From the NCBI GenBank assembly GCA_000004985.1, contig GG738968.1: 43,173 nucleotides of DNA. One strand, given 5' to 3'. Made by a program: the position numbers and the translations under genes. Each line of letters opens with the position of its first letter. Positions within the stretch are counted from its first letter, which is position 1. The stretch is from Naegleria gruberi. Taxonomy: Eukaryota. Positions 1 to 10,200 of this stretch are shown here, one piece after another. Under the pieces are notes generated by a model. It ran no database searches. It was not told where the DNA came from and saw nothing but the letters and a program-made list of their open reading frames with translations.

Positions 1-133
1 AGAAGAAGGTGTCGAGCCTGAGTTGTTTAGTGTCGTCCTTCTTGGGAGTGTTGGATCGGGAGGGTGAGACAAGGCTTGATTTTCTCTTCTTGTTGTTTGC
101 AGTGGGCGATTTGAGTGCAGACTTTGGTGGCAT
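1..133 (-). CDS. 5'-partial gene (N-terminal 44 codons, runs off the window start): basic, Ser/Pro-rich N-terminus MPPKSALKSPTANNKKRKSSLVSPSRSNTPKKDDTKQLRLDTFF..., hypothetical (nuclear-protein-like)
   Basis: Reverse-complement ATG at 133-131 is preceded on the coding strand by an 8-A run (tcAAAAAAAA-ATG), the start context seen for the other genes here. Frame is open to the window edge. Codons are enriched in C-ending forms (ccc, tcc, aac, aag, gac, ctc) unlike neighbouring genes. Not in the ORF track because it runs off the edge. Alternative reading: a plus-strand frame (KKVSS...GGIFF*, stop about 141-143) could instead be the C-terminus of an upstream gene. Confidence 0.3.
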   Translation of the reverse strand, partial: MPPKSALKSPTANNKKRKSSLVSPSRSNTPKKDDTKQLRLDTFF

Positions 134-836
134 TTTTTTTTGATGTAATTTGAAACATTTTTCATTTATTTAAAATTTTAAATGTAACGGTCAGATTTTT
201 GAAACTGCCAAAATTCAGCAAGCCAAGATAACAAATGTGAGGTGTTCTCAACTCTAAACTTGACTTTCCACAATTTAATCCAACAATTCCCTTTCAAATT
301 ATCTACACCGATATTATAGAATTCCAAAAAGGAAGGCCACCAATCGATTCTCGTCCAAAACAGCAAATTTTTTAAGCAATTACTCCACTCTACTTCCATC
401 AAGTTAAAAAGAACGAACTCAATTTCCAACTCTCTGATAACATTAAATAAAAACAATTGAAACTCATAGAAGAAAACAAGCTAATCTCAAGCAGAGTTTA
501 TGAGTTTCGAATTAGCAATAAGTAAGTTATCAAGCAAAACAACAAACATCGTCATCATATTCAATTTGGAAATTTTATTTCAATATTAATAACAATTAAC
601 CGCGTCGTCGCTTATCTTTCGTATTTCTTCTACTTTGACTACTCTCAATTTGAATATCAAATAATGTCAACTGATGTTTTTTTGATGGAATGTGTATTGA
701 AATATAATGCATCAAAACGGTATCATCTCTAGTCATTTGTGAATCTACTCACCCAACTATTAATGTATGCATTGGAAGAAACTCTTTCGAATATCTCTTC
801 ATCCAACTAAAAAACAAATAAGCAAAAACAATAAGA

Positions 837-1250
837 ATGACAAACAACACTCAAACTTCGCCACCACCTGAGGCTGGTTCTCCAGAATCTAATAGACCTT
901 CATCGCCAATGAATTCTTCCACCACTACTTCTTCATATTTAAATGACAATAATTCATCACCACCTTTGGGAGGAGCAACTAATCAAACTAAGAACACGAC
1001 GACTGCATCTTCGCCTCCTATTCATATTCAACAACAGATACATCCTATTGGAAACAAACCAAATGTTTCGTCTAATGTTTCCATTAAGAAAGTAGTAACC
1101 ATTGCATCACCTTCTTCAGTAAACAAACCACCAGCTCAATCACAAGCTGGTATTGTCAATCAGAGCGAAAGTGGTAGATCAGGAGGTTCTTTCAGTCATA
1201 GTAAAATCACCGTACGAACATGTTGTGGTGTGGTTGAGTTGACTCAATAA
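837..1250 (+). CDS. hypothetical low-complexity S/T/P/N-rich protein, 137 aa (MTNNTQTSPPPEAGSPESNRPSSP...SHSKITVRTCCGVVELTQ*), no recognisable domain; may be a 5' exon of a larger gene continuing into the mask
   Basis: ORF-track ORF. ATG in A-rich context (aaaaacaataagaATGac), TAA stop at 1248-1250, 6 bp before the N run begins. Composition is typical of disordered low-complexity protist proteins. No catalytic or structural motif recognised. Confidence 0.45.
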   Translation: MTNNTQTSPPPEAGSPESNRPSSPMNSSTTTSSYLNDNNSSPPLGGATNQTKNTTTASSPPIHIQQQIHPIGNKPNVSSNVSIKKVVTIASPSSVNKPPAQSQAGIVNQSESGRSGGSFSHSKITVRTCCGVVELTQ

Positions 1251-1256
1251 ATAGCT

Positions 1257-4200
1257 NNNNNNNNNNNNNNNNNNNNNNNNNNNNNNNNNNNNNNNNNNNN
1301 NNNNNNNNNNNNNNNNNNNNNNNNNNNNNNNNNNNNNNNNNNNNNNNNNNNNNNNNNNNNNNNNNNNNNNNNNNNNNNNNNNNNNNNNNNNNNNNNNNNN
1401 NNNNNNNNNNNNNNNNNNNNNNNNNNNNNNNNNNNNNNNNNNNNNNNNNNNNNNNNNNNNNNNNNNNNNNNNNNNNNNNNNNNNNNNNNNNNNNNNNNNN
1501 NNNNNNNNNNNNNNNNNNNNNNNNNNNNNNNNNNNNNNNNNNNNNNNNNNNNNNNNNNNNNNNNNNNNNNNNNNNNNNNNNNNNNNNNNNNNNNNNNNNN
1601 NNNNNNNNNNNNNNNNNNNNNNNNNNNNNNNNNNNNNNNNNNNNNNNNNNNNNNNNNNNNNNNNNNNNNNNNNNNNNNNNNNNNNNNNNNNNNNNNNNNN
1701 NNNNNNNNNNNNNNNNNNNNNNNNNNNNNNNNNNNNNNNNNNNNNNNNNNNNNNNNNNNNNNNNNNNNNNNNNNNNNNNNNNNNNNNNNNNNNNNNNNNN
1801 NNNNNNNNNNNNNNNNNNNNNNNNNNNNNNNNNNNNNNNNNNNNNNNNNNNNNNNNNNNNNNNNNNNNNNNNNNNNNNNNNNNNNNNNNNNNNNNNNNNN
1901 NNNNNNNNNNNNNNNNNNNNNNNNNNNNNNNNNNNNNNNNNNNNNNNNNNNNNNNNNNNNNNNNNNNNNNNNNNNNNNNNNNNNNNNNNNNNNNNNNNNN
2001 NNNNNNNNNNNNNNNNNNNNNNNNNNNNNNNNNNNNNNNNNNNNNNNNNNNNNNNNNNNNNNNNNNNNNNNNNNNNNNNNNNNNNNNNNNNNNNNNNNNN
2101 NNNNNNNNNNNNNNNNNNNNNNNNNNNNNNNNNNNNNNNNNNNNNNNNNNNNNNNNNNNNNNNNNNNNNNNNNNNNNNNNNNNNNNNNNNNNNNNNNNNN
2201 NNNNNNNNNNNNNNNNNNNNNNNNNNNNNNNNNNNNNNNNNNNNNNNNNNNNNNNNNNNNNNNNNNNNNNNNNNNNNNNNNNNNNNNNNNNNNNNNNNNN
2301 NNNNNNNNNNNNNNNNNNNNNNNNNNNNNNNNNNNNNNNNNNNNNNNNNNNNNNNNNNNNNNNNNNNNNNNNNNNNNNNNNNNNNNNNNNNNNNNNNNNN
2401 NNNNNNNNNNNNNNNNNNNNNNNNNNNNNNNNNNNNNNNNNNNNNNNNNNNNNNNNNNNNNNNNNNNNNNNNNNNNNNNNNNNNNNNNNNNNNNNNNNNN
2501 NNNNNNNNNNNNNNNNNNNNNNNNNNNNNNNNNNNNNNNNNNNNNNNNNNNNNNNNNNNNNNNNNNNNNNNNNNNNNNNNNNNNNNNNNNNNNNNNNNNN
2601 NNNNNNNNNNNNNNNNNNNNNNNNNNNNNNNNNNNNNNNNNNNNNNNNNNNNNNNNNNNNNNNNNNNNNNNNNNNNNNNNNNNNNNNNNNNNNNNNNNNN
2701 NNNNNNNNNNNNNNNNNNNNNNNNNNNNNNNNNNNNNNNNNNNNNNNNNNNNNNNNNNNNNNNNNNNNNNNNNNNNNNNNNNNNNNNNNNNNNNNNNNNN
2801 NNNNNNNNNNNNNNNNNNNNNNNNNNNNNNNNNNNNNNNNNNNNNNNNNNNNNNNNNNNNNNNNNNNNNNNNNNNNNNNNNNNNNNNNNNNNNNNNNNNN
2901 NNNNNNNNNNNNNNNNNNNNNNNNNNNNNNNNNNNNNNNNNNNNNNNNNNNNNNNNNNNNNNNNNNNNNNNNNNNNNNNNNNNNNNNNNNNNNNNNNNNN
3001 NNNNNNNNNNNNNNNNNNNNNNNNNNNNNNNNNNNNNNNNNNNNNNNNNNNNNNNNNNNNNNNNNNNNNNNNNNNNNNNNNNNNNNNNNNNNNNNNNNNN
3101 NNNNNNNNNNNNNNNNNNNNNNNNNNNNNNNNNNNNNNNNNNNNNNNNNNNNNNNNNNNNNNNNNNNNNNNNNNNNNNNNNNNNNNNNNNNNNNNNNNNN
3201 NNNNNNNNNNNNNNNNNNNNNNNNNNNNNNNNNNNNNNNNNNNNNNNNNNNNNNNNNNNNNNNNNNNNNNNNNNNNNNNNNNNNNNNNNNNNNNNNNNNN
3301 NNNNNNNNNNNNNNNNNNNNNNNNNNNNNNNNNNNNNNNNNNNNNNNNNNNNNNNNNNNNNNNNNNNNNNNNNNNNNNNNNNNNNNNNNNNNNNNNNNNN
3401 NNNNNNNNNNNNNNNNNNNNNNNNNNNNNNNNNNNNNNNNNNNNNNNNNNNNNNNNNNNNNNNNNNNNNNNNNNNNNNNNNNNNNNNNNNNNNNNNNNNN
3501 NNNNNNNNNNNNNNNNNNNNNNNNNNNNNNNNNNNNNNNNNNNNNNNNNNNNNNNNNNNNNNNNNNNNNNNNNNNNNNNNNNNNNNNNNNNNNNNNNNNN
3601 NNNNNNNNNNNNNNNNNNNNNNNNNNNNNNNNNNNNNNNNNNNNNNNNNNNNNNNNNNNNNNNNNNNNNNNNNNNNNNNNNNNNNNNNNNNNNNNNNNNN
3701 NNNNNNNNNNNNNNNNNNNNNNNNNNNNNNNNNNNNNNNNNNNNNNNNNNNNNNNNNNNNNNNNNNNNNNNNNNNNNNNNNNNNNNNNNNNNNNNNNNNN
3801 NNNNNNNNNNNNNNNNNNNNNNNNNNNNNNNNNNNNNNNNNNNNNNNNNNNNNNNNNNNNNNNNNNNNNNNNNNNNNNNNNNNNNNNNNNNNNNNNNNNN
3901 NNNNNNNNNNNNNNNNNNNNNNNNNNNNNNNNNNNNNNNNNNNNNNNNNNNNNNNNNNNNNNNNNNNNNNNNNNNNNNNNNNNNNNNNNNNNNNNNNNNN
4001 NNNNNNNNNNNNNNNNNNNNNNNNNNNNNNNNNNNNNNNNNNNNNNNNNNNNNNNNNNNNNNNNNNNNNNNNNNNNNNNNNNNNNNNNNNNNNNNNNNNN
4101 NNNNNNNNNNNNNNNNNNNNNNNNNNNNNNNNNNNNNNNNNNNNNNNNNNNNNNNNNNNNNNNNNNNNNNNNNNNNNNNNNNNNNNNNNNNNNNNNNNNN

Positions 4201-7200
4201 NNNNNNNNNNNNNNNNNNNNNNNNNNNNNNNNNNNNNNNNNNNNNNNNNNNNNNNNNNNNNNNNNNNNNNNNNNNNNNNNNNNNNNNNNNNNNNNNNNNN
4301 NNNNNNNNNNNNNNNNNNNNNNNNNNNNNNNNNNNNNNNNNNNNNNNNNNNNNNNNNNNNNNNNNNNNNNNNNNNNNNNNNNNNNNNNNNNNNNNNNNNN
4401 NNNNNNNNNNNNNNNNNNNNNNNNNNNNNNNNNNNNNNNNNNNNNNNNNNNNNNNNNNNNNNNNNNNNNNNNNNNNNNNNNNNNNNNNNNNNNNNNNNNN
4501 NNNNNNNNNNNNNNNNNNNNNNNNNNNNNNNNNNNNNNNNNNNNNNNNNNNNNNNNNNNNNNNNNNNNNNNNNNNNNNNNNNNNNNNNNNNNNNNNNNNN
4601 NNNNNNNNNNNNNNNNNNNNNNNNNNNNNNNNNNNNNNNNNNNNNNNNNNNNNNNNNNNNNNNNNNNNNNNNNNNNNNNNNNNNNNNNNNNNNNNNNNNN
4701 NNNNNNNNNNNNNNNNNNNNNNNNNNNNNNNNNNNNNNNNNNNNNNNNNNNNNNNNNNNNNNNNNNNNNNNNNNNNNNNNNNNNNNNNNNNNNNNNNNNN
4801 NNNNNNNNNNNNNNNNNNNNNNNNNNNNNNNNNNNNNNNNNNNNNNNNNNNNNNNNNNNNNNNNNNNNNNNNNNNNNNNNNNNNNNNNNNNNNNNNNNNN
4901 NNNNNNNNNNNNNNNNNNNNNNNNNNNNNNNNNNNNNNNNNNNNNNNNNNNNNNNNNNNNNNNNNNNNNNNNNNNNNNNNNNNNNNNNNNNNNNNNNNNN
5001 NNNNNNNNNNNNNNNNNNNNNNNNNNNNNNNNNNNNNNNNNNNNNNNNNNNNNNNNNNNNNNNNNNNNNNNNNNNNNNNNNNNNNNNNNNNNNNNNNNNN
5101 NNNNNNNNNNNNNNNNNNNNNNNNNNNNNNNNNNNNNNNNNNNNNNNNNNNNNNNNNNNNNNNNNNNNNNNNNNNNNNNNNNNNNNNNNNNNNNNNNNNN
5201 NNNNNNNNNNNNNNNNNNNNNNNNNNNNNNNNNNNNNNNNNNNNNNNNNNNNNNNNNNNNNNNNNNNNNNNNNNNNNNNNNNNNNNNNNNNNNNNNNNNN
5301 NNNNNNNNNNNNNNNNNNNNNNNNNNNNNNNNNNNNNNNNNNNNNNNNNNNNNNNNNNNNNNNNNNNNNNNNNNNNNNNNNNNNNNNNNNNNNNNNNNNN
5401 NNNNNNNNNNNNNNNNNNNNNNNNNNNNNNNNNNNNNNNNNNNNNNNNNNNNNNNNNNNNNNNNNNNNNNNNNNNNNNNNNNNNNNNNNNNNNNNNNNNN
5501 NNNNNNNNNNNNNNNNNNNNNNNNNNNNNNNNNNNNNNNNNNNNNNNNNNNNNNNNNNNNNNNNNNNNNNNNNNNNNNNNNNNNNNNNNNNNNNNNNNNN
5601 NNNNNNNNNNNNNNNNNNNNNNNNNNNNNNNNNNNNNNNNNNNNNNNNNNNNNNNNNNNNNNNNNNNNNNNNNNNNNNNNNNNNNNNNNNNNNNNNNNNN
5701 NNNNNNNNNNNNNNNNNNNNNNNNNNNNNNNNNNNNNNNNNNNNNNNNNNNNNNNNNNNNNNNNNNNNNNNNNNNNNNNNNNNNNNNNNNNNNNNNNNNN
5801 NNNNNNNNNNNNNNNNNNNNNNNNNNNNNNNNNNNNNNNNNNNNNNNNNNNNNNNNNNNNNNNNNNNNNNNNNNNNNNNNNNNNNNNNNNNNNNNNNNNN
5901 NNNNNNNNNNNNNNNNNNNNNNNNNNNNNNNNNNNNNNNNNNNNNNNNNNNNNNNNNNNNNNNNNNNNNNNNNNNNNNNNNNNNNNNNNNNNNNNNNNNN
6001 NNNNNNNNNNNNNNNNNNNNNNNNNNNNNNNNNNNNNNNNNNNNNNNNNNNNNNNNNNNNNNNNNNNNNNNNNNNNNNNNNNNNNNNNNNNNNNNNNNNN
6101 NNNNNNNNNNNNNNNNNNNNNNNNNNNNNNNNNNNNNNNNNNNNNNNNNNNNNNNNNNNNNNNNNNNNNNNNNNNNNNNNNNNNNNNNNNNNNNNNNNNN
6201 NNNNNNNNNNNNNNNNNNNNNNNNNNNNNNNNNNNNNNNNNNNNNNNNNNNNNNNNNNNNNNNNNNNNNNNNNNNNNNNNNNNNNNNNNNNNNNNNNNNN
6301 NNNNNNNNNNNNNNNNNNNNNNNNNNNNNNNNNNNNNNNNNNNNNNNNNNNNNNNNNNNNNNNNNNNNNNNNNNNNNNNNNNNNNNNNNNNNNNNNNNNN
6401 NNNNNNNNNNNNNNNNNNNNNNNNNNNNNNNNNNNNNNNNNNNNNNNNNNNNNNNNNNNNNNNNNNNNNNNNNNNNNNNNNNNNNNNNNNNNNNNNNNNN
6501 NNNNNNNNNNNNNNNNNNNNNNNNNNNNNNNNNNNNNNNNNNNNNNNNNNNNNNNNNNNNNNNNNNNNNNNNNNNNNNNNNNNNNNNNNNNNNNNNNNNN
6601 NNNNNNNNNNNNNNNNNNNNNNNNNNNNNNNNNNNNNNNNNNNNNNNNNNNNNNNNNNNNNNNNNNNNNNNNNNNNNNNNNNNNNNNNNNNNNNNNNNNN
6701 NNNNNNNNNNNNNNNNNNNNNNNNNNNNNNNNNNNNNNNNNNNNNNNNNNNNNNNNNNNNNNNNNNNNNNNNNNNNNNNNNNNNNNNNNNNNNNNNNNNN
6801 NNNNNNNNNNNNNNNNNNNNNNNNNNNNNNNNNNNNNNNNNNNNNNNNNNNNNNNNNNNNNNNNNNNNNNNNNNNNNNNNNNNNNNNNNNNNNNNNNNNN
6901 NNNNNNNNNNNNNNNNNNNNNNNNNNNNNNNNNNNNNNNNNNNNNNNNNNNNNNNNNNNNNNNNNNNNNNNNNNNNNNNNNNNNNNNNNNNNNNNNNNNN
7001 NNNNNNNNNNNNNNNNNNNNNNNNNNNNNNNNNNNNNNNNNNNNNNNNNNNNNNNNNNNNNNNNNNNNNNNNNNNNNNNNNNNNNNNNNNNNNNNNNNNN
7101 NNNNNNNNNNNNNNNNNNNNNNNNNNNNNNNNNNNNNNNNNNNNNNNNNNNNNNNNNNNNNNNNNNNNNNNNNNNNNNNNNNNNNNNNNNNNNNNNNNNN

Positions 7201-10200
7201 NNNNNNNNNNNNNNNNNNNNNNNNNNNNNNNNNNNNNNNNNNNNNNNNNNNNNNNNNNNNNNNNNNNNNNNNNNNNNNNNNNNNNNNNNNNNNNNNNNNN
7301 NNNNNNNNNNNNNNNNNNNNNNNNNNNNNNNNNNNNNNNNNNNNNNNNNNNNNNNNNNNNNNNNNNNNNNNNNNNNNNNNNNNNNNNNNNNNNNNNNNNN
7401 NNNNNNNNNNNNNNNNNNNNNNNNNNNNNNNNNNNNNNNNNNNNNNNNNNNNNNNNNNNNNNNNNNNNNNNNNNNNNNNNNNNNNNNNNNNNNNNNNNNN
7501 NNNNNNNNNNNNNNNNNNNNNNNNNNNNNNNNNNNNNNNNNNNNNNNNNNNNNNNNNNNNNNNNNNNNNNNNNNNNNNNNNNNNNNNNNNNNNNNNNNNN
7601 NNNNNNNNNNNNNNNNNNNNNNNNNNNNNNNNNNNNNNNNNNNNNNNNNNNNNNNNNNNNNNNNNNNNNNNNNNNNNNNNNNNNNNNNNNNNNNNNNNNN
7701 NNNNNNNNNNNNNNNNNNNNNNNNNNNNNNNNNNNNNNNNNNNNNNNNNNNNNNNNNNNNNNNNNNNNNNNNNNNNNNNNNNNNNNNNNNNNNNNNNNNN
7801 NNNNNNNNNNNNNNNNNNNNNNNNNNNNNNNNNNNNNNNNNNNNNNNNNNNNNNNNNNNNNNNNNNNNNNNNNNNNNNNNNNNNNNNNNNNNNNNNNNNN
7901 NNNNNNNNNNNNNNNNNNNNNNNNNNNNNNNNNNNNNNNNNNNNNNNNNNNNNNNNNNNNNNNNNNNNNNNNNNNNNNNNNNNNNNNNNNNNNNNNNNNN
8001 NNNNNNNNNNNNNNNNNNNNNNNNNNNNNNNNNNNNNNNNNNNNNNNNNNNNNNNNNNNNNNNNNNNNNNNNNNNNNNNNNNNNNNNNNNNNNNNNNNNN
8101 NNNNNNNNNNNNNNNNNNNNNNNNNNNNNNNNNNNNNNNNNNNNNNNNNNNNNNNNNNNNNNNNNNNNNNNNNNNNNNNNNNNNNNNNNNNNNNNNNNNN
8201 NNNNNNNNNNNNNNNNNNNNNNNNNNNNNNNNNNNNNNNNNNNNNNNNNNNNNNNNNNNNNNNNNNNNNNNNNNNNNNNNNNNNNNNNNNNNNNNNNNNN
8301 NNNNNNNNNNNNNNNNNNNNNNNNNNNNNNNNNNNNNNNNNNNNNNNNNNNNNNNNNNNNNNNNNNNNNNNNNNNNNNNNNNNNNNNNNNNNNNNNNNNN
8401 NNNNNNNNNNNNNNNNNNNNNNNNNNNNNNNNNNNNNNNNNNNNNNNNNNNNNNNNNNNNNNNNNNNNNNNNNNNNNNNNNNNNNNNNNNNNNNNNNNNN
8501 NNNNNNNNNNNNNNNNNNNNNNNNNNNNNNNNNNNNNNNNNNNNNNNNNNNNNNNNNNNNNNNNNNNNNNNNNNNNNNNNNNNNNNNNNNNNNNNNNNNN
8601 NNNNNNNNNNNNNNNNNNNNNNNNNNNNNNNNNNNNNNNNNNNNNNNNNNNNNNNNNNNNNNNNNNNNNNNNNNNNNNNNNNNNNNNNNNNNNNNNNNNN
8701 NNNNNNNNNNNNNNNNNNNNNNNNNNNNNNNNNNNNNNNNNNNNNNNNNNNNNNNNNNNNNNNNNNNNNNNNNNNNNNNNNNNNNNNNNNNNNNNNNNNN
8801 NNNNNNNNNNNNNNNNNNNNNNNNNNNNNNNNNNNNNNNNNNNNNNNNNNNNNNNNNNNNNNNNNNNNNNNNNNNNNNNNNNNNNNNNNNNNNNNNNNNN
8901 NNNNNNNNNNNNNNNNNNNNNNNNNNNNNNNNNNNNNNNNNNNNNNNNNNNNNNNNNNNNNNNNNNNNNNNNNNNNNNNNNNNNNNNNNNNNNNNNNNNN
9001 NNNNNNNNNNNNNNNNNNNNNNNNNNNNNNNNNNNNNNNNNNNNNNNNNNNNNNNNNNNNNNNNNNNNNNNNNNNNNNNNNNNNNNNNNNNNNNNNNNNN
9101 NNNNNNNNNNNNNNNNNNNNNNNNNNNNNNNNNNNNNNNNNNNNNNNNNNNNNNNNNNNNNNNNNNNNNNNNNNNNNNNNNNNNNNNNNNNNNNNNNNNN
9201 NNNNNNNNNNNNNNNNNNNNNNNNNNNNNNNNNNNNNNNNNNNNNNNNNNNNNNNNNNNNNNNNNNNNNNNNNNNNNNNNNNNNNNNNNNNNNNNNNNNN
9301 NNNNNNNNNNNNNNNNNNNNNNNNNNNNNNNNNNNNNNNNNNNNNNNNNNNNNNNNNNNNNNNNNNNNNNNNNNNNNNNNNNNNNNNNNNNNNNNNNNNN
9401 NNNNNNNNNNNNNNNNNNNNNNNNNNNNNNNNNNNNNNNNNNNNNNNNNNNNNNNNNNNNNNNNNNNNNNNNNNNNNNNNNNNNNNNNNNNNNNNNNNNN
9501 NNNNNNNNNNNNNNNNNNNNNNNNNNNNNNNNNNNNNNNNNNNNNNNNNNNNNNNNNNNNNNNNNNNNNNNNNNNNNNNNNNNNNNNNNNNNNNNNNNNN
9601 NNNNNNNNNNNNNNNNNNNNNNNNNNNNNNNNNNNNNNNNNNNNNNNNNNNNNNNNNNNNNNNNNNNNNNNNNNNNNNNNNNNNNNNNNNNNNNNNNNNN
9701 NNNNNNNNNNNNNNNNNNNNNNNNNNNNNNNNNNNNNNNNNNNNNNNNNNNNNNNNNNNNNNNNNNNNNNNNNNNNNNNNNNNNNNNNNNNNNNNNNNNN
9801 NNNNNNNNNNNNNNNNNNNNNNNNNNNNNNNNNNNNNNNNNNNNNNNNNNNNNNNNNNNNNNNNNNNNNNNNNNNNNNNNNNNNNNNNNNNNNNNNNNNN
9901 NNNNNNNNNNNNNNNNNNNNNNNNNNNNNNNNNNNNNNNNNNNNNNNNNNNNNNNNNNNNNNNNNNNNNNNNNNNNNNNNNNNNNNNNNNNNNNNNNNNN
10001 NNNNNNNNNNNNNNNNNNNNNNNNNNNNNNNNNNNNNNNNNNNNNNNNNNNNNNNNNNNNNNNNNNNNNNNNNNNNNNNNNNNNNNNNNNNNNNNNNNNN
10101 NNNNNNNNNNNNNNNNNNNNNNNNNNNNNNNNNNNNNNNNNNNNNNNNNNNNNNNNNNNNNNNNNNNNNNNNNNNNNNNNNNNNNNNNNNNNNNNNNNNN

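Noticed and set aside
1-143. Plus-strand open frame KKVSSLSCLVSS...GGIFF* as C-terminus of an upstream gene
   Set aside because: It is possible but less convincing than the minus-strand ATG with its A-run context. It is kept only as an alternative in the evidence for the 1-133 feature.
178-456. 92-aa minus-strand ORF (MFLFNVIRELEIEF...)
   Set aside because: It lies in the putative promoter/5'UTR zone between two divergent ATGs, is Trp/Phe-rich with no motif, and has no start context like the other genes. Probably a chance ORF.
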